The translations under genes and the position numbers were made by a program. The notes beneath the pieces are model-generated. The model was not told the origin of the DNA. It did no database searches and saw only the letters and a program-made list of their open reading frames with translations. Shown piece after piece: positions 44,419-55,127 of a stretch of DNA of 64,000 nucleotides. The stretch lies in the NCBI RefSeq assembly GCF_009914755.1, contig NC_060931.1. One strand, 5' to 3'. The stretch comes from the human T2T-CHM13v2.0 reference genome, Homo sapiens. Positions within the stretch are counted from its first letter, which is position 1; each line of letters opens with the position of its first letter.

Positions 44419-45234
44419 TGCTATAGTTTGGGTGTTTTTCTTCTCCAAATCTCATGTTGAAATCTGATCCCCAATGTTGGAGGTGGGGCTTAATGGGAGA
44501 TGTTTGTGTCAGGGGGGCAGATCCTTCATGAATAGCTCAGTGCCATCCTCAAAGTAATGAGTGAGTTCTTGCTTTATTAGTTCCCAAAACAGCCGATTGT
44601 TAAAAAGAGCCTGACACCTCCTTCCTGTCTATCTGGCTTCCTCTCTCTTGCCATGTGATCTCTGCACACACAGGTTCACGCTCCCCTTCCACCATTAGTG
44701 GAAGCAGTCTGAGGCTGTCACCAGAAGCAGATGTTGCCATGTTTCTTGTGCAGCCTGCAGAACTGTGAGCCAAATAAACCTCTTCTTTAGAAATTATCCA
44801 GCCTTAGTTATTCCTTTATAGCAACATGTGTTAGTCCGTTTTGCATGGCTATAAAGCAATACCTGAGACTAGGCAAGTTATTTTAAAAAGAGGTTTATTT
44901 GGCTTATGGTTCTGCAGGCTGTACAAGCATGGCACTGGCATCTGCTCAGCTTCTGGTGATGCATCAGGAAGCTTTTACTCATGGCAGAAGTTGAAGGGAG
45001 AGCCAGTATGTCACATAGTGAGAGAGGAAGCAAGGGAGATGCCAGGCTCTTTTAAACAACTAGCTCTTGTGTTAACTACTGTGGGGAGGGCACCAAGCCA
45101 TTCATGAGGGATCTGCCCCATGACCCAAATACCTCCCCCAGGCCCCACCTCCAACATTGAGGATGACATTTCAACATGAGATTCAGAGGGGACAAATATC
45201 CAAATCATATCACAACACAAAACAGACTAAGACA
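44419..45234 (+). mobile_element. MSTB1-like MaLR solo LTR (outer element of a nest)
   Basis: TGCTATAGTTTGG...TTATAGCAACA | CAAAACAGACTAAGACA. TSD AAGTG (44414-44418) and AAGCA (45235-45239). Confidence 0.88.
44827..45212 (-). mobile_element. MSTB-like MaLR solo LTR inserted in reverse near the 3' end of the outer LTR
   Basis: TGTGTTAGTCCGTTTTGC...CAAATCATATCA. Perfect TSD CAACA at 44822-44826 and 45213-45217. Confidence 0.9.
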
Positions 45235-45317
45235 AAGCACGACTACTCAATTGTGTCATCATTGGAGATACTCAAAATATGGAAAAGGGTAAATAGGGAG
45301 GATTCAAGCAAAAGGCT

Positions 45318-47671
45318 TGTATTAGTCCGTTCTCACACTACTATGACAAAATACCTGAGACTGGCTAATTTATAAAGGAAAGAGGTTTAATTGACTCACA
45401 GTGCTGCATGGCTGGGTAGGCCTCAGGAAACCTACAATCATGGTGGAAAGCAAAGGAGAAGTAGGCGCCTTCTTCACATGGTGGAAGGATGCAGTGAGTA
45501 CAAGCAGGAGAAATGCCAGACACTTATAAAACCATCGCATCTCATGAGACTCACTCATTGTCATGAGACCAACATGGGGGAAACTGCCCCCATGATCCAA
45601 TTACCTCTACCTGGTCCCACCCTTGACATGTGGGGATTATGGGGATTATAATTCAAGGTGAGATTAGGTGGAGACACAGCCAAACCATATCATTCTGCCC
45701 CTGGGCCCTCCAAGATCTCATGTCCTCACATTTCAAAACACAATCATGCCCTACCCAATAGTCCCCCAAAGTCTTAACTCATTTCAATATTAATTCAGAA
45801 GTCCACAGTCCAAAGTCTCATCTGACACAAGGCAAGTCCCTTCTACCCATGAGCCTGTTAAATCAAAAACAAGTTAGTTACTTCCAAGATACAATGAAAG
45901 TACAGGCATTGGATAAATGTTCCCTTTCCAAATGAGAGAAATTGGCCAAAACAAAGGGGCTACAGGCCCCATGCAAGTCTGAAACCAGGTGGGGCAGTCA
46001 TTAAATTTTAAAAGCTCCAAAATGATCTCCTTTGACTCTATGCCTTACATCCAGGTCACGCTGATGCAAGAGGTGGGTTCCCATGGTCTTGGACATCTCT
46101 GCCCCTGTTGCTTTGCAGGGTACAGCCCCACTCCAGGTTGCTTTCACAGGGTGTTATTGAGTGTCTGCAGCTTTTCCAGGTGCACAGTGCAAGCTGTTGG
46201 TGGATCTGGGAGACAGTGGCCCTCTTCTCACAGCTCCATTAGGCAGTATCCCAGTGGGGACTCCATGTGGAGGCTCCAACCCCACATTTCCCTTCTGTAC
46301 TGCCCTACCAGAGGTTCTCCATGAGTGCTCCACCCCTGAAGCAAACTTCTACCTGGACATCCAGGCATTTCCATACATCCTCTGAAATCTAGGCAGAGGT
46401 TCTCAAACCTCAATTCTTGACTTCTATGCACCCACTGGCACAACACCATGGGTAAGCTGCAAGGCTTGGGACTTGTACCCTCTGAAGCAACAGCCTGAGT
46501 TGTACATTGGCCACTTGTAGCCATGGCTGGGATGCAGGGCACCAAGTTCTGAGACTACACAAAGCAGCAAGGCCCTGGGCCTGGGCCTGGCCCACAAAAC
46601 CATTTTTCCCTTCCTAGGCCTCCAGGCCTGTGATGGGAGGGGCTGCAATGAAGACCTCTGACATGCCCTAGAGACATTTTCCCCATCATCTTGGTGATTA
46701 ACATTTGACTCCTCATTATGCAAATTTCTGCAGCTGGCTTGAATTTCTTCTCAGAAAATTGATTTTCCTTTTCTATTCCATTGTCAGCCTGCAAATTTTC
46801 TAAACTTTTATGTTCTGCATCCCTTTTAAATATAGGTTCCAATTCTAAACCATCTCTTCGTGAATGCATAAAACTGAATGCTTTTAACAGCACCCATGTC
46901 ACTTCTTGAATGCTTTGCTGCTTAGATTTCTTCCACCAGATACCCTAAATCATCTCTTTGAAGTTCAAAGTTCCACAGATCTCTAGGACAGAGGGAAAAT
47001 GCTACCAATCTCTTTGCTAAAACACAGCAAGAGTCACCTTCACTCCAGTTCTCAGCAAGTTCCTCATCTCCATCTGAGACCACCTCAGGTTGGACTTCAT
47101 TGTCCATAACACTATCAGCATTTTGGTCAAAGCCATTCAGCAACTCTCTAGGAAGTTCCAAACTTTCCCACATTTTTCTGCCTTCTTTTGAGCCCTCCAA
47201 ACTCTTTCAACCTCTGCCTGTTACCCAGTTGCAAATTTGCTTCCACATTTTTGCGTATCTGTATAGCAGCACCCCACTCCTGGTACAAATTTATTGTATT
47301 AATCCATTCTCACATTGCTGTGAAGAAATGCCAGAGACTGGGTAATTTATAAATGAAAGAGGTTTAATCGACTCACAGTTCTGCATGACCGGGGAGGGCT
47401 CAGGAAACTTAGAATCATGGTGGAAAGCAAAAGAGAAGCAGGCACCTTCTTCACAGGTGGCAGGATGAAGTGAGTGCAAGCAGGGAAAATGCCAGACACT
47501 TATGAAACCATCAGCTCTCATAAGACTCACTCATTATCATGAGTACAGTATGGGGGAAACTGCCACCATGATCCAATCACCCCCACTTGGTCTTTCCCTT
47601 TATATATGGGAATTATGGGGATCATAATTCAAGGTGGGACTTGGTTGGGGACACAGAGCCCAACTGTATCA
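45318..47671 (-). mobile_element. Full-length THE1D-like MaLR element (LTR 45318-45692, internal 45693-47294, LTR 47295-47671)
   Basis: Two homologous ~375-bp LTRs flank THE1-int (ORF remnant MWESLELPRELLNGFDQNADS). Perfect TSD AGGCT at 45313-45317 and 47672-47676. Confidence 0.93.
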
Positions 47672-47809
47672 AGGCTCAACAAGATGATGTCCTTTCAGAA
47701 CACAAAGTTTTATGAGTCCAGCCAAAGGGAAGTGCGCAGCTGGAATGTGGTAAAGATGAGAAACATCACCTTCTTAATCAGTAAGCTGAAGAAATCCTGG
47801 GTTACAGTC

Positions 47810-48590
47810 TGTGAAACTGTGATATATGTATAATATATATATCTTCTTCCAGTTTCCTGGCACATAGTTCCTAAAACCCTTGGAATCTCTTATGTCAAAA
47901 GCATCGTTTGGTATGCTAATAAGAAGACTAGTGAGTGGGGCTGTGAGATAGCCTCAGGATGGGAGCCTCAGAGGAAGCAACCTTGTGATTAGAGAATTGG
48001 AATTTTCAGTTCTACCTCAGGGGCTGCAGGATAAATTTATCACTAATGGCCAATGATTTAATCATTGGCCTACATAATGAAGTCTCCATAAAAAAAGAGA
48101 GAGAGAGTTTGCAGCTAGCTGAACACATGGAGAGTGGCAAGCCTGGGGAGGGCACGGAAGCTTCATGCCTCTTCCTCCATACATTGCTCTACGCATCTCT
48201 TCCATCGGGATGTTCCTGAGTTGTAGCCTTTTATAATAAATTAGAGATAGTAAGTAAAACACTTTCCTGAGTTCTGTGAGCCACTCTAGCAAATTATTGA
48301 ACCCAAGAAGGGAGTTGCGAGACTTTCAATAGAAGCACAGGTTAACAACCTAGACTTTCAGTTGACGTCTGAAGTAGGGGGCAGTCTTGTGAGACTGAGC
48401 CCTTAACCTGTGAGATCTGTGCTAACTTCAGTTAGTGATAGAATTAAATTGAACTGTAGGACAACCAGCTGGTGTTGGAAAATTGCTTGGTGTGGGAAAA
48501 AGCCACACATCTGGTATAAAGGTGAAGTATTGAGAGTAGTGAGAAAAGAGAAAGTAGGAGAAAACAGTTTCTTTCTTCCTATTTTTAACA
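47810..48590 (+). mobile_element. MER21-like LTR
   Basis: TGTGAAACTGTGATATA...TTCCTGGCACATAGTTCCTAAAACCCTTGGAAT...TTCCTGAGTTCTGTGAGCCACTCTAGCAAATTA...AACA. TSD (C/T)AGTC at 47805-47809 and 48591-48595. Confidence 0.85.
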
Positions 48591-50149
48591 TAGTCCAATA
48601 ACGTGATTTTAAGAAAATAATGCAAACACTCCATGTCCTAGCTTTCTCACTTCTAAACAGAAGTGTTGCTTTCCTAGTCAGTTTGACTTTTGTAAAGACT
48701 AATCTTAATTCTTAATAAACTCTTAGGGTTGCTTAGAAATAAGCACTATATAAATAAAAGACATTGTACACCTGACATTTTAAAGTATACCTAGGACCCT
48801 GAGTATTTCACCATATCAGTTCGAGACATTCTATGAATTTGTGCCCATTGTGAACTTGTTATAAGCTGGTTACCTCCTTTACACAGACATTCTATCAACT
48901 TTTCTTTTTTGTCCTATTAATCGTCCATTGTCTCATTTTTCCTAAAATTGCCTGTGCAGCCTCCTTCCAGAGGCATATTCCATCAAGGTTTTTCTTGTAG
49001 CCATGCTGAACACTCAGTTATTTTAAATAATTTAGATACATAATTTTAAATATATTATAGTTTTGCTCCAGAATAAATGAGATTTAAATCTCTTTCTTTG
49101 TTCCCCAAATAAGAGTTCAAAAGCTAGATGGTCTTTTGGAGGCTCACCAACACCTAACGGTACTTATTTCTGTCTCACAAAATAAAACTTTGGCATCAGT
49201 CTTCTGGACATGCCACACAAAGCCACATTTGGTGGATAACCCCTGCATGACAGATAGTGAAAGGGCATGTTCCTCCCTGCCCAAGGGAGCCCAGGATTAT
49301 CCTGCCTAATTGCCTACAATGTGTGGATCTCATTAGAAGAACTTGCCAGTGCTATACATAGTAAAGAATGTATGTCTGATAATATTTCAGTTAGGTTTGG
49401 ACCAAGGCCAGGAGTCTCTCTGGCAGACTAAAACCACTTTACCAACACTTCACTTTTAGCAAGAAGACTCATGATAAGGAAACATAAACAAGACATCTGG
49501 GTCACATCCCCCCACTTCCTCTCCCACTCTTCTACTTCTTTTCAAGGGTTTAGAAATGTTCCCCAACAATTAGTCATGCCTTTTCTTCTACCTCAGTCTC
49601 TCTCCTGATATTTTTCACTAAGAAAGTTTGCTTCAAGGGCTTTAGAAATTCAGGGTCAATTTTTAGAATTTTTTTTTAAAGATTTGAATACCAGCAAAAC
49701 TTCATCGGTTTAACCCTACAAATCCTCCCCTAACATAAAACAGCGTCTTTTAAAAAGAAAATTTTATTTAGAAAATACTTTATTAATGAAATTAAAGCCT
49801 GCATAATATAAATAATAGCAATGCTTGATTTAAAATAGTTTCCAGAAAAATGAATAAAAATCAAGTTTTCTATGTATTATTTTGTTTTGTTCCTTAATAT
49901 GCTCAAGATTTGGGATTTACCAAAGCTAACAAGAGACAAAACCACCAAATTTTGAGCCTGGTTTGCAATTCTACTTTAGCCAGTATTAAGTGGAGAGCCA
50001 CGACTCATATGAATAATAGACCCATAAAGAATTAGAACTAGACATTACATAAGAAGACATCCTAACAACCCTCTTACTTTAGGGATGGAGATGTTAAGCA
50101 TCTTAGAAGCAATCCCACAAGGGAGAAGCAGGCTCTGGTGCCAGACGCT

Positions 50150-50800
50150 GCTCCTTTGGGTGTTCACTAGACTTATATGACCATGAGCAAAATGCAGAAC
50201 CTCTGTAAGCCTCAGCCTCCTCATCAGCAGGATGGGCTGATCATCATGCATATCTCATGTGGGTCAGAAGGAATGAACAAGTTAACAAACTAAAACACTA
50301 AGCCTGGTACAGAATAGAAGCCAAATAAATGTTAGATTCCACCATTACTATAAGAGGCAGTGTTGAAGGAAGAACCAGAATAAGGGGAAAAAGTAAATAG
50401 GTTTTTTTCTGATTATCTTCCTCCAAGAATTGGCCATGAGTGGAGTAATGAGAACATTATTCAAAACATACAGTCCAGAAAAATATGTAGTGTAATATTA
50501 AAATTTTGATGTAAAACTGAGCTTCACCACATATTAGAGAGATAATAGGCCTAGTGGTTAAAAGCAAGGACTCTTGAGTTAGACAGCCGGATTCAAATCC
50601 CATCTCTGCCAGTTTCTGGCAATGTATCCTTAAACAAGTTGCCTAACGTCTCCATTCCTCATTTATCTCCTCTGTAAAAGGGGATAATCATAGTACCTAT
50701 TTCATGAGGTGGTTGTGAAAATGAATCAAGTTAATATTTGGAAAGCATCTAGCACAGTGTCTGTAGCAGTGTTGTAAATTATTAGCTATTATCATTATAT
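50150..50800 (+). mobile_element. Two MIR SINEs (~50150-50350 and ~50545-50800)
   Basis: AGCCTCAGCCTCCTCATCAGCAGGATGGG; CTAGTGGTTAAAAGCAAGGACTCT...CTGTAAAAGGGGATAATCATAGTACCTA. Confidence 0.7.
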
Positions 50801-52084
50801 TACAGGGCCATCTTGCACACCATCCAAGATATTTTTGTACTGGAAGCACCCAAAGAAACTTGTGCTACTAATTTTACTTCTAATGCTACCCAGAATCATT
50901 GACTCTGATGATGGGATTATACTGAGGTACCAGCATCAGATCCATTGCTCAAATTCTATCCTTAAAAATAATTAGAAGTAGATATTTTTGTACACTGAAA
51001 TTTTTAAAAATGCGTAATTCTGACAAGCCCTAGATTACTCAAATATAACAGTGTGGAAATAGAATTTTGACTCATCCATATCTTTGAAGTCAGTGCTAGT
51101 CAGCTTCTCTCCTGGCTCTGAGACAATCTTGATAGACTGTACAGCAGAGAGGACTTTCTATTTACTGGAACATGATCACCATTTTTGGTTTTGTTACTGC
51201 AAAATCATATCATTTTTAGAGCTTGAAGGGAGTGATAACCTAACCCAATCATTTTGTAGATGAGGAAACCCAGTTTAGAAAGGTAAAGTAGCTGGTCAAC
51301 TTTACATTTTTTACATAAGCAGCTGGTGAATAATGAAGACAGTGGAGGGTAGTATTTTAAGAAAATTTGCCTTCCATCTCTTGTCATCAGAGAGAGTTCC
51401 AACTTCACACTATCAATATAATTAACAGGATCCATATTTTATAAATAAGTAGCTTAAATAGTAGCAATATTTCACCCAGTTGAACTTCAAATTACTTCAG
51501 ATCAAAGTAATGCATCTTTTTGGATATCAGACTCTTGCTTAAAAATTTATGTACTTTAAAATTCCTATTACAGAGAACATAAACAGTACATTGAATTTGA
51601 TCGGCCAGTGAAAAGTTAATCTCAAGGGGTAAATGTTTTACCTTTCAGGGCATTAGAGAACTAAATAATGAGCAATTTACTAAATTCCATCCTGGTCCTG
51701 AAATCATCTGTCTATGTCATACGGATTAGTAGCTTACTCTTACTCCTGAAGGGTCACCTTTATAAGGTAGAGGATCTTCGAAGATAGTCATCACAACACA
51801 ACACCTATGCATTCACCATGATTCGGATATACCAACCATTGCTTTCTTTTTTTTTTAACCTAAGGTTCAGAGTTGAGTGGGTTATATCTCTTAGTTCATG
51901 GTATATCACGATCCAATTTCATAAGGTATATGTCATGTTTTATTATCTTTATTGCTTTCCCCCTTTCTCTTCCTAACTCCCACTTCCCACTCACATCTCC
52001 CCTCCCTCTGCTCACATCTCCCCTCCCCTTAACCACTGCCAGGCATCCACTCTAATGTTTATAAACATAAGTGTATTTAGGTAT

Positions 52085-52220
52085 AGTGATTGTTCATTTT
52101 AGGTATCAGCTTGACTGGATTAAGGGATATTCAGACAGGTAGTAAAGCATTATTTCTAGACATGTCTGTGAGGGTTTTCCGTAAGAGATTGATATTTGAA
52201 TCAGTGGACTAAGGAAGATC
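52085..52220 (+). mobile_element. MLT2A/B LTR 5' fragment, truncated
   Basis: GTATCAGCTTGACTGGATTAAGGGATA...GTCTGTGAGGGTTTTCC...TGAATCAGTGGACT. Confidence 0.8.
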
Positions 52221-52459
52221 TATCCATGTCACTTTAGGCACATCTAGATAATTAATTCTGAATGGTACAAAGATTTTATATATATTTATATATTATATAT
52301 ATATACTATGTAGATATATAGAAATCTATGCACCATTCATAGATTTCTTTCATCTCAAGTGCCTGCAAGATGAAACATTTATTATATATATGTATATATA
52401 CCTATGTACCATTCTGAATTAATTATCTAGATGTACATAAAGCAACATGGCTAGATCTT
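52215..52459. repeat. Inverted repeat with 55-bp arms (52215-52269 and 52405-52459) and nested hairpins
   Basis: The arms are reverse complements at 49/55 positions. There is also an inner 11-bp perfect inverted repeat. Confidence 0.92.
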
Positions 52460-52485
52460 GGAGATATATATCTATAGACAGAGAT

Positions 52486-52549
<64 letters not shown>
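52486..52549. repeat. (GATA)12(GACA)4 tetranucleotide STR
   Basis: Directly visible. Confidence 0.95.
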
Positions 52550-52551
<2 letters not shown>

Positions 52552-52559
52552 GTATGCAT

Positions 52560-52900
52560 CTGTGTGTGTTGCACAATTAACTACTCCTTTCCACCAGTGA
52601 TGGACACTTAATTTCTTCCAACTTTCTGCCTTCCCAAATAGAGCACCAATAAATATACTAATACATGTTCCTTATAGTCTTGTGTCAGAGTGGCTCTAGG
52701 GTGTACACCCAGCAGTGGGAATACTGGGTGTCCATGTATATGACCTGGTTTCTCTAAGGACTGCCAGATTCCTCCCCACAATTTCTGTTCTAGCTCAGAC
52801 TTCCACTAACAGTGCAAGAGAGTTTCCCAACTTCCTCACCAACAGTTGGTATTATCTGACTTTCTGATGTTCATCTAATGAGTGTTAGAGTATTATTGGT
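52560..52900 (-). mobile_element. Old L1ME-type fragment
   Basis: TGATGGACACTTAATTTCTTCCAAC...CCCAGCAGTGGGAATACTGGGT...CTGCCAGATT. Confidence 0.65.
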
Positions 52901-53486
52901 CCTATTCTAGTTCACCAGTTCTCTGAAATGTTTGAGACTCCTCCTTTTTGTTCAGGAAGATTTCTAGATTCTATGCATGCTTTGCCCAGGCCCTGGGCAA
53001 CTAGAAATGTTATCTTAGAATCATCTACGTAGATTCTTCCCTCAAAAACTGCTCTAGCGTTTCCATTTAGTGTAGAGTCATGTGGCCCTTATAGGCTTTC
53101 ATTCTCCATTTTAGAAGACAGGGGAATTCCAAGGTCTCCTAAAACCTTTCTGGATGTTTCTACTTACCCTATGGGAATTTTCATCACAATGCATGGAGTC
53201 AGTACACTAGTCCTGAGTTCTTGCCCTTCTCCCTCCCTCCCTCTCTTCTTTCCTTCCTCCCATTTTCTCCTTCCCCTTTGCCACCTAAAATTTGAAGTTT
53301 TTTCAACTTCTCCCTTTTGATTGACAAGACCTATCTCCCGTCTTTATCCTTCCCCTCTGTCAGGTGGCATTCTTCCGTTTTTCCCTAGGACAATAACAAA
53401 GGAAAGGTGGGAGGTTAGGGGCAGACTGAATTACAAGTGGAAAGTATACTGGAAAATACTGTCTGCATGTACTTAACATTCAATAT

Positions 53487-53900
53487 TATATTAGTTTGTT
53501 CTCACACTGCTATAAAGAAATACCTGTGACTAGGTAATTTATAAAGAAAAGAGGTTTAATTGGCTCACAGTTCTGTAGGCTATAAAGGAAGCATAGCACC
53601 TTCTGCTTCCGGGGAGACCTCAGGAAACTTACAATCCTGGTAGAAAGTGAGGAAGCAGGCACATCTTACATGGCCCAAGCAAGAGCAAGAGAGAGAGCAA
53701 AGGGGAGGTGTTGCACACTTTTAAACAAACAGATCTCATGAGAACTCACTCACTATCATGAGGACAGCACCAGGAGATGGTGCTAAACCATTCATGAAGG
53801 ACCACCCCATGATCCAATCACCTTCCACATGCCCCATCTCCAACACTGGGATTACATGTCAACATGAGATTTGGTGGGGACATAGAATGAAATCATATCA
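53487..53900 (-). mobile_element. MSTA MaLR solo LTR
   Basis: TATATTAGTTTGTTCTCACACTGCTATAAAGAAATACC...AATCATATCA. Near-TSD AATAT/TATAT. Confidence 0.88.
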
Positions 53901-54767
53901 TATATGAATAACACTTTAACCTTTCCAAAGCACGTTTACGTACCATTTGACTCTTTCAAAAACCTATATAGAGAAGTTATTACCATTTGTAGACAAAAAC
54001 AGAAGCCAAGACTAAGAAAAATGAAAGACTTTTGTGCAATATTAAGATAGCCCACAGATAACCTATTTTAGAAGATTTTATGTGTCTTTTACAACTTTCC
54101 TCACAAGGATATCAGGAAGCCTTTTTAGAACAGCAAAATCTCCCCATTTTCTCTTTTATAGATTTGGTCATCTGAGCTTAAAGGAGATTCTGGCAGAAAA
54201 ATGAAGACTATTTTGTCTCTGCTTTGAAGCAGCAACTTGAGGTTGCTCTTAAGCATTTACAAAAACCTGAGTTCTTATTCCATGACTGGCAATACTCTTT
54301 AAACTATAATTATTACACTAATATTAGCAACCAAACAGTTAGCTACTCATTTTTCAGTCTACATTGTGCTTATTAAATTATACCTTACTTTGACATCGAT
54401 TGTGGATTTGATTAGTTATGTGGGGCAATCATTTTAAACGTTTAATTTTCTGGATGTAGACTTACACACACAGTTTAATCAAGTAATTGTGCCTATTTCT
54501 CAGTAATTTAAACTTCACATTTTTGCTTTCTTAAAATCTGAAAAGTAGCGTACTTTTTCTACCTATTTCTATAACCAAAAAAAAAAAAAGTTAAATTCAC
54601 TTAGAAAACACTTTTCTCTTTCCCAAGTGAGCATTTTCTGCTAGATGGTCAACAAAGATCATCTCTGCTTGAAGGGAGGTGATTTGGGTTAGTGAAAAGA
54701 GACAGATCTTGTTACGAACCCTGTCTCTGTACAATCTACCAGCTGTGTGGCCTTTAGGCAAGCTATT

Positions 54768-55127
54768 TGATATGGTTTGGCTGTGTCCCCACCCAAATCT
54801 CGTCTTAAATTGTAGCCCCCATAATTCCCACACGTTGTGGGAGGGACCAGGTGGGAGGTAACCTCATGGGGGCAGATCTTTCCTATGCTGTTCTCATGCG
54901 AGTGAATAAGTCTCATGAGATCTGATGGTTTTATAAAGGGTAGTTACCCTACACAAGCTCTCTTGCCTACCACCATGTAAGACATGGCTTTGTTCCTCCT
55001 TTACCTTCCACCATGATTGTGAGGCCTCCCCAGCCATGTGAAACTGAGTCCATTAAACCTCTTTTTCTTTATAAATTACCCAGTCTTGAGTATGTCTTTA
55101 TTAGAAGCATGAGAACGAACTAATACA
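54768..55127 (+). mobile_element. THE1B-like solo LTR inserted in a MIR (~54670-54767 and 55128-55260)
   Basis: TGATATGGTTTGGCTGTGTCCCCACCCAAATCTC...GAACTAATACA. Perfect TSD CTATT at 54763-54767 and 55128-55132. Confidence 0.93.

Noticed and set aside
45989-47345. Cluster of 60-115 aa ORFs
   Set aside because: All lie inside THE1-int and are the decayed MaLR internal ORF or antisense noise.
47801-47817. FTDCNP as the Gypsy RNase H 'YTDHNP' motif
   Set aside because: The FT codons come from the MER21 LTR terminus (starts at 47810), so the match is an artefact. The rebuilt junction reads LLDCNPGFLQLTD.
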